Shown piece by piece: positions 27,494-36,302 of a stretch of DNA of 64,000 nt. Location: assembly GCA_039028615.1 (NCBI GenBank), contig JBCCHT010000004.1, positions 160,001 through 224,000 on the forward strand, in the 5' to 3' direction. The position numbers were made by a program, and so were the translations under genes. The notes beneath the pieces are model-generated. The model saw only the letters and a list, made by a program, of their open reading frames with translations, was not told the DNA's origin and did no database searches. Positions within the stretch are counted from its first letter, which is position 1; each line of letters starts with the position of its first letter. Source of the DNA: Myxococcota bacterium. GTDB taxonomy: Bacteria > Myxococcota_A > Polyangia > Nannocystales > Nannocystaceae.

Positions 27494-28492
27494 CTAGCGC
27501 GGCGTGTAGCGCAGCGTGGCCGCGACGGGCAGGTGGTCGGACAGCGGCTCCCCGCCGCGCGTGACGAACTGCTCGGGCACCCACCACTGCAGCACCTCGA
27601 CATCCAGGTCGTCGCTGCTGCGCACCATGACGTGGTCGATGAGCTGGTCGGGGCAGCCCACCGCATCGCAGGCGTCGGTCAGCCCCGCCCCATCGGTGAT
27701 GATGGCCAGCGGCTCGACGTCCTCGGGATCGGTGGCCCGCAGGTTGAAGTCACCCGCCACGATGAGCGCACGCCCGGCCGAGCGCTGGTCGATGGCGTCC
27801 ACCAGGTCTTGTGCCGAGTTCAGGCGGATCTCGAGGTCCTCGGGGCACCCGCCCGCCTCCATGTGCAGGTTGTAGACGTCGATCTCCACGCCCTCGGCCA
27901 GCGTGTGCCGGGCGAAGCTCCAGCCCTTGGTCGCCAGGCAGTCACTCGCGCAATCGATGGTGCCGTTGCACGCGTACCAGGCCACCCGCTCGTGGTCGGC
28001 AAAGGGGTGCTCGCCGAAGCGATTGAGCCCGTCACCGATGTCCTCGAGCGTCGGCATCTCCGACCACGGCATGCTCTGATGCGGCAGGGTGACCTCGGCG
28101 GCGAGCTGCGCGTGGTACCAGAAGTCCTCTTGGACCAGGACCATGGGAAAGTCGTTGAGCAGCGGCGAGATGAGCGGGATGTTGACCTCGGGGTTGCTGC
28201 TCGAAAGCCCCTGCGGCAGCGCGGCCACGTTGTAGGTGAGCACGTCGAACTCGCCCGGGGGCTGAACGGGACCGCCGTCGTCCGACGATGACGACGCTGC
28301 GCCTCCACTGGAATCGGCGACCGCCGTGCTGCCGCTGCCCGTGACGCCCACCGGGCCTTCGCTGCTGCTGCCCGTGCTGTCGCCCGCGGTGCCCGTGCCC
28401 GTGCTGGTGTCGGCCGCTCCGTCGCTGGGACAACCGCTGGCCAACCCCAGCCCCGACAGCATCAAGCCCAAACCAAGTCTCCGTATGCCCAT
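27494..28492 (-). CDS. Endonuclease/exonuclease/phosphatase (EEP) family lipoprotein
   Basis: Lipobox ASGC; TYNV, VQEDF, YNLH, AGDFN, IDHV, LSDHLPV motifs; start ATG 28492. Confidence 0.88.
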   Translation of the reverse strand: MGIRRLGLGLMLSGLGLASGCPSDGAADTSTGTGTAGDSTGSSSEGPVGVTGSGSTAVADSSGGAASSSSDDGGPVQPPGEFDVLTYNVAALPQGLSSSNPEVNIPLISPLLNDFPMVLVQEDFWYHAQLAAEVTLPHQSMPWSEMPTLEDIGDGLNRFGEHPFADHERVAWYACNGTIDCASDCLATKGWSFARHTLAEGVEIDVYNLHMEAGGCPEDLEIRLNSAQDLVDAIDQRSAGRALIVAGDFNLRATDPEDVEPLAIITDGAGLTDACDAVGCPDQLIDHVMVRSSDDLDVEVLQWWVPEQFVTRGGEPLSDHLPVAATLRYTPR

Positions 28493-28551
28493 CGCGGCAT
28501 CGTAGCGCATCGGTGCGGCGCGCTGGCCGAGGGCAGCGTAGGATCGCGGCC

Positions 28552-29553
28552 ATGGCCACGCCGCCGAAGCTCCCGCCCCGCCTGGACATCGCGTGCCTGC
28601 CCACTCGGGTGCGCCCGCTGCAGCGCATCTCCGCCGCGTGGGGCGGCCCAACCTTGTGGATCAAGCACGACGACGACACGGGCGCGCTGATCAGCGGGAA
28701 CAAGATTCGCAAGCTTCAATATGCGGTTCAGCACGCACTCGACCAGGGCGCGGATACCCTGATCACGTGTGGGGGTCTGCACTCCAATCACTGCCGAGCC
28801 ACGGCCGCGCTCGCCCGCCGCTTGGGCTTGCAGGTGCACTTGGTGCTCCGCGGTGAGCCGCCCGAGACCTGGACGGGGAACCTCCTGCTCGATCGAGTGC
28901 TCGGTGCGGAGATCCACTGGATCACCCCCGAGCAATACCGAGAGCACGACGCGTTCATGGAAGGCGTGGCGGCACAGCTCCGCGAGCAGGGGCGCAACCC
29001 CTTCGTGATCGCCGAGGGCTGCAGCATGGTCGAGGGTTCGTGGGGCTACATCGAGGCGGTGTCCGAGATCGCCGACGCGCAGCGGGAGCACGGCGTGCAG
29101 TTCGATGCGATCGTCAACGCGATCGGCTCCGGGGGCACCACCGCGGGTCTCGAGCTCGGCCTGCGCCTGTATGGCCTGTCGGCGGAACTGTACGGCGTGA
29201 ACGTCTGCGACGACGCCGATCACTTTCGTCGGCACATCGGCGATCTGGCCGCGGCCACGGTGGAGCGCTACGACCTGCCCGTGTCCGTGCCGCCCGAGGA
29301 GATCGACATCATCGATGGCTACGTCGGGCTCGGCTACGGCAAGAGCCGCCCCGAAGAGCTGCAATCCCTGGTGGAGCTGGCTCGCCTCGAGGGCGTGGTG
29401 CTCGACCCCGTGTATGGCGGCAAAGCGTTCCATGCGCTGCGTCAGCTGTGGTCTGGCGAGCCCTTCGCGGGCCTGAAGCACGTGCTGTTCCTGCACACGG
29501 GGGGCATCCACGGCCTGCACCCGCACGCCGACGCCCTCGTCGGTCTCGAGTGA
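28552..29553 (+). CDS. D-cysteine desulfhydrase / ACC deaminase family PLP enzyme
   Basis: SGNKIRKL, ITCGG.HSNH, GNLLL, GSGGT.AGL, LDPVYGGKA, FLHTGG. Confidence 0.92.
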   Translation: MATPPKLPPRLDIACLPTRVRPLQRISAAWGGPTLWIKHDDDTGALISGNKIRKLQYAVQHALDQGADTLITCGGLHSNHCRATAALARRLGLQVHLVLRGEPPETWTGNLLLDRVLGAEIHWITPEQYREHDAFMEGVAAQLREQGRNPFVIAEGCSMVEGSWGYIEAVSEIADAQREHGVQFDAIVNAIGSGGTTAGLELGLRLYGLSAELYGVNVCDDADHFRRHIGDLAAATVERYDLPVSVPPEEIDIIDGYVGLGYGKSRPEELQSLVELARLEGVVLDPVYGGKAFHALRQLWSGEPFAGLKHVLFLHTGGIHGLHPHADALVGLE

Positions 29554-29605
29554 GTCCGCCGCTTTTTGGCGTGCCCGGGGCCGACTCTGGCAAGCTCGGC
29601 CGACG

Positions 29606-30028
29606 ATGCGTCTGCCGTCCGTCATCGCCGTGCCTGCACTCGTGGGGCTGCTTTCCGCCTCGGGGGGCTGCGCCGCGGCTCCGGCGATTCCCCTGCTCCA
29701 GCACGTCGCCCAGCCGGACAAGACCATCGTGTCGCCGCCGGGTGAGGACGGCACCCGCTATCTGTCGGTCGAAGGCGGCCCCCTGATCACCCCGCGGCGA
29801 CTCCAGGCCCGCTGGAACGCCACCGCGCGCAAGGTCTGCGAAGGAGACTTCCAGCCCCTGTCCGGGGATACCGTCACCCGGACGGCCAACGGCGTGACCA
29901 AGGCCCGCATTCACGAGGGCTTCTTCCAGTGCATCCTGCCCGGCGAGGTCGAACCCGGCATCCCGGGTACGCCCACCGCGGCCGATGCCACCGCCGCCGC
30001 GCCGTCGGGCCCCGGTCGCGCCCGCTGA
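29606..30028 (+). CDS. Hypothetical lipoprotein
   Basis: Signal peptide with GGC lipobox; 140 aa; GC3-rich. Confidence 0.6.
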   Translation: MRLPSVIAVPALVGLLSASGGCAAAPAIPLLQHVAQPDKTIVSPPGEDGTRYLSVEGGPLITPRRLQARWNATARKVCEGDFQPLSGDTVTRTANGVTKARIHEGFFQCILPGEVEPGIPGTPTAADATAAAPSGPGRAR

Positions 30029-30037
30029 CGACCGCCC

Positions 30038-30784
30038 CTAGGAGTCACGCTCGCGCGGCGTGAGGGACGACGCGAGGATCTCCCGCTGCACGCAGTCGTC
30101 GGCGAGCTCGAGCGTATCGCCCATCGCTACCGCGAAGGGCTCGCGACACATCACCGCGACCACCCGACCCGACTCGGCCCCCGGCGTGACCGTGAGCTGC
30201 CGGGTTGCGTTCACCGACACGGGCGCGCGCAAGACCTCGACGATTTCATCGGGCTCTCCGCCGTCGGTGTCCATGCCATCGGGATCGAAGCCCGCCAACA
30301 ACACCACGGCCATGGTGCCCTGCCCCTGCGCGCTGATCCGCAGATCGATGCCGCGGGTGCGCAGGGCCAGGTCGAGGCTCTCGCTGCCGTCGACGGTGCC
30401 GTACTCGGGCGGAGGGCTGGTGGTGTAGGCGCTGGCCACCGCGCTGGGCGGACCCTCGGGGCGAGGATCGACGCGCTGCGGGCCCGACCATAGGGTCGAC
30501 GCCAACGCGAGCACGGCCGTGGCCGCCACCGCCACGCCTCCGCTGAGCATCAGGCCGGCCAGCGTCGCGCTGCCCGTGGACGGCTGCACGAAGGACGGGG
30601 GCTCGATGACCGGCTGATGCTCCCGCGCCATGTCCCAGCGGCGCCGACAGATGAAGCAATCGTCGAGGTGCTCCTCGACGTACCGGGCTTGCTCCGCCGA
30701 AAGCTCACCGAATTCGTAGCGATCGAGGGTGAGACCGGTGAGGTGGCCATCGCGGGACAGCAGGTCGCGGTGCGAGTCGTTCAT
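30038..30784 (-). CDS. Zinc-binding anti-sigma factor (ZAS, zf-HC2)
   Basis: H...EEHLDDCFIC (HxxxCxxC) then a TM segment; ATGA overlap with the sigma gene. Confidence 0.85.
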   Translation of the reverse strand: MNDSHRDLLSRDGHLTGLTLDRYEFGELSAEQARYVEEHLDDCFICRRRWDMAREHQPVIEPPSFVQPSTGSATLAGLMLSGGVAVAATAVLALASTLWSGPQRVDPRPEGPPSAVASAYTTSPPPEYGTVDGSESLDLALRTRGIDLRISAQGQGTMAVVLLAGFDPDGMDTDGGEPDEIVEVLRAPVSVNATRQLTVTPGAESGRVVAVMCREPFAVAMGDTLELADDCVQREILASSLTPRERDS

Positions 30785-31278
30785 GGTAGGTCTCCTGCGG
30801 CCTCCACGGCCAGCGATTGCAGTCGTTGCACCCGGTTGCCCACGGTGCGGGGCGAGCAGCCCACCACCCGAGCGATTTCCGAGTGGGTCATGCCGTCGAC
30901 GAAATAGAACACGCCGATCTCCACCAGCTCGTCGTCGAGGCCGTGCCAGAACTGGCGCAAGAACGTGACCGTCTCTTGGTCGGCCTCGGCCACGGGCGCC
31001 GACCACAGCGTGGCCGAGTGCTCTTGCCACAGCTCGGCGCGCCGCCCCGTGTCGCGCAGGCGATTGAGGCAATGGTTGGTGGTCAGCCGATACAGCCAGG
31101 TGGTGGGGCTGGCGTGGTTGCGAAACTGGACGATGCGCTCGAGGACCTTGACGAAGATCTCGTGCACCACTTCCTCGGCATCGGTGGGGGTGCAGAACCG
31201 AAGTACCCACCGATGGACCCGGGACGCATGCTGCGCGTAGAGCAGGGCCACGTCGGCCGGCGTGCGTCCAAGCTGCAT
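30781..31278 (-). CDS. ECF RNA polymerase sigma factor
   Basis: DAEEVVHEIF, TTWLYRLTTNHCLNRLR, DGMTHSEIARVVGCSPRTV. Confidence 0.92.
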   Translation of the reverse strand: MQLGRTPADVALLYAQHASRVHRWVLRFCTPTDAEEVVHEIFVKVLERIVQFRNHASPTTWLYRLTTNHCLNRLRDTGRRAELWQEHSATLWSAPVAEADQETVTFLRQFWHGLDDELVEIGVFYFVDGMTHSEIARVVGCSPRTVGNRVQRLQSLAVEAAGDLP

Positions 31279-31354
31279 CGGACCCTTGGACCCGTGAGCG
31301 GAGCAATTGCGCAACGTCGATGCCGATTTTTTCGCGTCGCGGGTCGAAACGGCC

Positions 31355-33658
31355 ATGCATGGCTGGTTATTGGCGGTGGGGGCGGAATCGGCCTCGGCCG
31401 GATGGTGGCTGCTCGCGGCAGCAGTGTCGGTTTTTGCCCTAGGCATCGGATACCGGGACCAGTGGCGCCGCTTTTGGCTCGGGCTCGAAGACCCGCGCGC
31501 CATGGGCCTCGTACGAATCGTGTTCGCGTTCTTCACGATCTGCAACATCAACGGGCTGTGGGAGCACTTCACGCTGCTGTTTTCGAACGAGGGGATGTTC
31601 CCGGCCGCGGTTGCCCGCCAGCTGCTGGCCTCCTCGCAGTTCGCGGGCTTCGGCGACGGCGTCGTACCCGGCGAGCCGTGGGGCTTCTTCGACGGTGACG
31701 CCGTCCTCGAGTACCTGCGCGGGCCTCGGTACTCGCTGCTGCACTTTTGGGATTCGACGACGGCGATGTGGATCCACCTCGTCGCGTTCTGGGGGGTGGC
31801 GGTGGCGTTCATGGTCGGCTTCCGCACCCGCCTGGCCGGCATCCTGACCTTCGTGCTCATGAACAGCCTGCTGCACCGCAACACGCTGGGCTGGGAAGGC
31901 ACCGACATCGTCTTTCGGGTGTTCCTGGCCTACCTGGTGCTGTCGCGCTGCGGTCATGCCTACTCGGTCGACAACTGGCTGCGATGCCGCCGACTGCGAA
32001 AGGCGGGGCGCCTGAGCGAGCCGGGCGGTCCGGGAGACGGAGCGGGGCTCGCCCCCTGCCCCGAGCATCCCGAAGGACTGGCCGCGATCTATCGCCGCAT
32101 TCCCGTGTGGCCGCGGCGACTGATGATGCTGCAGCTCGCCGTCTTGTACTTCACGACCGGCATCCTCAAGCACGGCACGGTGTGGCAGCAGGGCGACGCG
32201 ATCTACTACGCGCTCAACCTCGACCACTTCCACCGCGTGCCCATGCAGTGGCTGACCTCGATGCTCGGCACCACCGTGTTGCGGGCCATGACCTGGTTCG
32301 TGCGCTTCGGCGAGATGGCCTTCGCCCTGGTGTTCGTGGGCGCGGTGCTGCGGTTCCAAGAACACGAAGAGCCCGCGTGGCCGCGGCCATGGGTACGAGC
32401 GCTGCTGTGGCTCGGCGTGTTCACGACCGGCATCGGGCTGGTGGTCGCGGCCTGGCCTGCCCAAAGCCCCGCCCCCTCGATCTGGAGCTGGGTGTTCGTC
32501 GCCGCGGCCGTGGTAGGGCTGCCGCTGACCTGTCGCCTCCTAGGACGCACCTTCATCGCGCACTGGCTCTTCGGGCGCCGCATCTGGCTGACCTGGGCCG
32601 TGCTCACCATGGGCGGCATCTACCTGGTCATGAACATCGGCCAGTTTCAGACGATCATGCTGACCCTGTGCTTGGTGTACCTGCGGGGCGAAGAGGTCGC
32701 CCGCGCGCAGGCCTGGCTACGCCGACGCGAGGCCACCACCCCGGCCGAAGACCCTGCCCTCCCCCACCTGCGTCGAGATGGCCAGGTCCTGCCCGGCTGG
32801 GTGCTGTGGGGTGCGTGGCTCGGGGGCACCATCGCGGTCATCGCCCATGCACACCAGGGTCCCGGCGGGTGGATCATGCTGGTCGTCCTCGCCTTCATCC
32901 TCGGCGTGACGTGGACCAAAGCCCGGGGCAAGGCGGGCCGTCGCCCCGCCGTGGCCCGCCCGTGGGCGTATGGCCCCTGGGGTCGCCTGCTCGTGAGCGC
33001 GGGCCTGCTGTGGCACATCTGCGCGGTGGGTCTCTGGCTGATGCCCAGCTACGACGCGCTGAAGTCGGCTCGCACGCCCGCCCGGGCCCTGGTGCGCCGC
33101 TGGCTCGTGACCACGCAGACCGACCAAGGCTGGGGCATGTTCGCGCCCAACCCTCCGCGTCACAATCGGTTCTTGCAGGTCTTGGTCACCGATGCCGACG
33201 GCGAGGTCTGGGATCTTCGCACCGACCTGTACGCGCCTGAGCGCCGCGAGTTCCCCTTCGTGTGGAACGACCGCTCGCGCAAGATGAAGCGCGTGCTCAT
33301 TCGCAAGAAGGGCAAGGGCAGCCGCTACCGCAAGTGGTACGCGCGCTACTACTGCCGGACGTGGGCGCTGGAGCACGAGGGTCGGGTTCCACGGCAGGTC
33401 CAGCTGGTGCACCACTGGTATCGCATTCCGAGCCCCGAGCAGACCCGAGACAAGGGCTGGTACGACCCCGCCGATCTCTTCGAGCGCTCGGGCAAGGCCA
33501 AGGTGTTGCACACCGAGCGCTGCCCGGCTGTGCCCCTCGGTCAGCCCACGCCGGAGATGCGACGGCGCCATGGTCTTCCCGAGGGCGACTTCAAGCCGTG
33601 GGTGCGTCGCAAGCGAGCCCGCTGGGAGGCACGCAAGCGGCGGGCGGACGACGGCTGA
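31355..33658 (+). CDS. HTTM-domain multi-pass membrane protein with C-terminal QxWxMFAP domain
   Basis: SLLHRN..., YSVD, RRLMMLQLAVLYFTTGILK..WQQG.A.YYAL, MNIGQF; later QGWGMFAPNP. Confidence 0.8.
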   Translation: MHGWLLAVGAESASAGWWLLAAAVSVFALGIGYRDQWRRFWLGLEDPRAMGLVRIVFAFFTICNINGLWEHFTLLFSNEGMFPAAVARQLLASSQFAGFGDGVVPGEPWGFFDGDAVLEYLRGPRYSLLHFWDSTTAMWIHLVAFWGVAVAFMVGFRTRLAGILTFVLMNSLLHRNTLGWEGTDIVFRVFLAYLVLSRCGHAYSVDNWLRCRRLRKAGRLSEPGGPGDGAGLAPCPEHPEGLAAIYRRIPVWPRRLMMLQLAVLYFTTGILKHGTVWQQGDAIYYALNLDHFHRVPMQWLTSMLGTTVLRAMTWFVRFGEMAFALVFVGAVLRFQEHEEPAWPRPWVRALLWLGVFTTGIGLVVAAWPAQSPAPSIWSWVFVAAAVVGLPLTCRLLGRTFIAHWLFGRRIWLTWAVLTMGGIYLVMNIGQFQTIMLTLCLVYLRGEEVARAQAWLRRREATTPAEDPALPHLRRDGQVLPGWVLWGAWLGGTIAVIAHAHQGPGGWIMLVVLAFILGVTWTKARGKAGRRPAVARPWAYGPWGRLLVSAGLLWHICAVGLWLMPSYDALKSARTPARALVRRWLVTTQTDQGWGMFAPNPPRHNRFLQVLVTDADGEVWDLRTDLYAPERREFPFVWNDRSRKMKRVLIRKKGKGSRYRKWYARYYCRTWALEHEGRVPRQVQLVHHWYRIPSPEQTRDKGWYDPADLFERSGKAKVLHTERCPAVPLGQPTPEMRRRHGLPEGDFKPWVRRKRARWEARKRRADDG

Positions 33659-33664
33659 GCCCGC

Positions 33665-35002
33665 CTACCCGACGGGCATCGCGACCTCGGGACCGACTTC
33701 GTAGAAGCTCCCGGGGTCGTCTTGATTGTTGTACTCGGTCGCGATCCAGTCGCCCGACAGGACCTGCTTGCTGATGCGCATCTCGTCCCGCGGCCCTCCG
33801 ATGATGTAGTCGTCGGCGTAGGGCAAGCGCAGCGGATTGTCGTCGACGGTGTCGAGCGGCGTCGTGAGTTGGGCGTCTTGGATGAGCTGACCGTTGGCGT
33901 AGATCCGCAGGCTCAGATCGCCATCGTAGACCGCCGCGTAGTGCACCCACTCGTCGAAGCCGGAGCCGCCCTCCGAGATCGACCAGTTGGCGTTCTGGCT
34001 CCATTCCCCGCCCACGCTGAAGCTCACCGCATCGGAGCCCCGGGTGATGCCGTAGCCCGTGTACAGGCAGCAACCCCCCCCGAGCCGGCCGATGCCGAAG
34101 ATGCCCCCCCACGTCGTCGCCTCGTAGTGCTGGATGTTGGCCCACACGCTGAAGGTTCGCGCGGCGTCGCTGTGAATGCCCAGGTCGCTGGCGTAGGGCC
34201 CCTCGATGCGATCGTCGATCCCATCCAGCATCAAGGACCGGCCCAGCTTGCCCTCCACGGCCTGCGGCTCCCCCAGTAACGAGCCGTCGAAGCCGTTGAT
34301 GGTGCTGTCGGTGGTCAGCCCGGCATCGTCGGAGCCCATGTGCCACACGAGCTCGTAGTCCGCTCCCCAGACCCCGATCTCGTCGCCGTAGAGGCCACAG
34401 GGCAAGCCGTAGTGCAGGCTGATGACCGTGTCCTCCGTCGCGGCCAACGACGGGATCCGGACCCACGCCGCGAGCTTCGCCTCGGTCTCCGTGTGGTCGC
34501 GCTCGAACTGCTCCAGCTCGAAGTCCAAGGGGGTCGCCCCCTGGAAGAACGCGATATCGCAGCCGCTTTCGGTCGCACGGTCGTGCAGGTCGGCATCGAC
34601 GAGCGAGACGAACACGGGAAAATCGGTCAGGGCTTCCGTGCCGCTGACCTGCGCCCCCGCGATGCGAATGGTCTTGGAGTAGCTCGGCTCGGTCTCGTCC
34701 TCTGCCCCGGTCTCGCTGCCTCCGTCGCTGCTGCCCTCGTCTGCGCCCTCGCTGCCTTCGCTGCTCTCGCCGCCTTCGCTGCTCTCCTCGCCGACAGCCC
34801 CGCTGTGGCCTCCCGTGTCGCTACCGCTGGCGCCGTCGTCATCGTCCGCGACGCTCGTCGACCCGGTGCCGCTCATCAGCGCGGTCCCTTGATCGCTCTC
34901 GTCGATGGGCTCGCCCACCGAGCACCCGAGCGTCGAGATCGAGACGGTTCCGAGCAGCAAGGAGGAGGCAGTGACGATGAGGCGAGACGCTGATGGGGGC
35001 AT
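33665..35002 (-). CDS. Lipoprotein with DUF2341-like and LamG-like (ConA) domains
   Basis: Lipobox TLGC; LTDFPVFV...DIAF...WVRIPSL...LHYG; WVHYAAVYDG...IYANG...DEMRIS...WIATEYNNQ. Confidence 0.75.
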   Translation of the reverse strand: MPPSASRLIVTASSLLLGTVSISTLGCSVGEPIDESDQGTALMSGTGSTSVADDDDGASGSDTGGHSGAVGEESSEGGESSEGSEGADEGSSDGGSETGAEDETEPSYSKTIRIAGAQVSGTEALTDFPVFVSLVDADLHDRATESGCDIAFFQGATPLDFELEQFERDHTETEAKLAAWVRIPSLAATEDTVISLHYGLPCGLYGDEIGVWGADYELVWHMGSDDAGLTTDSTINGFDGSLLGEPQAVEGKLGRSLMLDGIDDRIEGPYASDLGIHSDAARTFSVWANIQHYEATTWGGIFGIGRLGGGCCLYTGYGITRGSDAVSFSVGGEWSQNANWSISEGGSGFDEWVHYAAVYDGDLSLRIYANGQLIQDAQLTTPLDTVDDNPLRLPYADDYIIGGPRDEMRISKQVLSGDWIATEYNNQDDPGSFYEVGPEVAMPVG

Positions 35003-35107
35003 GGGGCTCCTCCATCAGTCACCGGCCTCCGAATTATCTGTTCACCGCGGCCTCAAAAAAACAGTGCCAATGCACGGTCCGCACGCCGTCGCTCGAAAAC
35101 GGGGTTT

Positions 35108-35968
35108 CTACGGCACCTCGGGACACTCCGCGAGGCCCTCGTCGAAGCCGTTGCCGTAGCCATCGTCGTAACCCGTCGACAGCCCGGTCTCGTAGCCCTC
35201 GTCGAAGCCCGCGACGTAGCTGTCGTCGTAGACCTCGTCGTAGCACAGGTAGAACGACACCTCGTAGCCTTCGATGTAGCCACTGTCGTAGCCGTCGAAG
35301 TACCCGTCGTCGTAGCCGTCGATGCGGCCATGGGCGACCCCTTCGTAGTAGGCCAGGTCATAGGCCTCCACGTAGCCCGCCTGGTAATCGGCATTGTCGG
35401 CCTTGCCCGCGCTGACCCCTTGCCCGTAGGCGAGACGGTTGAGCGCACGCCGATAGCCGCGTGCCCGGCAGGTCTCGATGTCGTCCGGGTCGGCCTCCCG
35501 CTTGGCGCTGCGGTAGCAGCTGTTGGTCCCATCGACGTAGCCCGACTCGTAGCCCTCGTCGTAGGCGACGTCGTAGCCTTCGTCGTAGCCGCTCGCCGAG
35601 CCGTAGTCGTAGCCATCGGCCTGGCCTGCGCTGGTGCCTTCGCTACACGCGTTGGTGTCGAGCAAGCCGACGGTGTGGCCTGCGGCATAGCCGGCGTCGA
35701 CCCCCGCGGGGTAACCGTGGGGTCCGTGGTAGCCGTTGGAGTGACCATCGCGATAGCCGTCGGCGTCACCTTCGAACTGTCCGTCCGCGAAGGTGAAGGT
35801 CTGGCCGTGGTCGTAGCCCGACGCAAACTCGCGATCGTTGACCTCGCGCGCGGTGGCCTGCCCCTCACGATAGGAGGCCTCGAGCTCGCCGTCGTCGAAG
35901 CAGTCGACGCACCCGTGCAGTAGCGCCAGCGCGAAGCACAACAGCGTACGGCCCAGTCCAATCCCCAT
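35108..35968 (-). CDS. Tyr/Gly/Asp-rich lipoprotein with GYxxG tetrad repeats
   Basis: Lipobox LHGC; long runs of GYDEGY/GYDDGY. Confidence 0.75.
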   Translation of the reverse strand: MGIGLGRTLLCFALALLHGCVDCFDDGELEASYREGQATAREVNDREFASGYDHGQTFTFADGQFEGDADGYRDGHSNGYHGPHGYPAGVDAGYAAGHTVGLLDTNACSEGTSAGQADGYDYGSASGYDEGYDVAYDEGYESGYVDGTNSCYRSAKREADPDDIETCRARGYRRALNRLAYGQGVSAGKADNADYQAGYVEAYDLAYYEGVAHGRIDGYDDGYFDGYDSGYIEGYEVSFYLCYDEVYDDSYVAGFDEGYETGLSTGYDDGYGNGFDEGLAECPEVP

Positions 35969-36302
35969 GTCTTCAACCTAGCAACGCGTACGGATTCGTA
36001 AATCCGTGGGCCCCCGGGTCCGATGCGGATTTCTACCGGGGGATCACCCCCGAGGGGACCGCCGCTCGATGCCGACAGGGGGAGTTTCCCCCCGGTGAAG
36101 CCACGATCGCGCAGCCCGAAGCGCGCTCGGGAGCGACCGCCTCGGCTCGAGCCATCGTGGAGCCACGACCCGATTGCCATCGTGACACGGCCGTGAGCTC
36201 GTCGATGACGCGACGACGGCCGAGCGGTACCGCTTCGTGCCCCAAGTGGGCGACAGCAAAGGACAATGCGGCGATGGCCAGCGCTTTGCTCTTTCGACCG
36301 GC

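Noticed and set aside
22943..28291. Very long antisense or alternate-frame ORFs (e.g. 22943..25765 minus, 25541..28291 plus; also 5776..8250, 40296..42776, 45727..48132)
   Set aside because: They shadow well-supported genes; stop codons are scarce at about 70% GC; the translations are Arg/Gly/Ala-rich with no motifs
35051..35075. TGGCAC on the minus strand as a sigma54 promoter
   Set aside because: The -12 TTGC element is absent at the required spacing (T-run instead)
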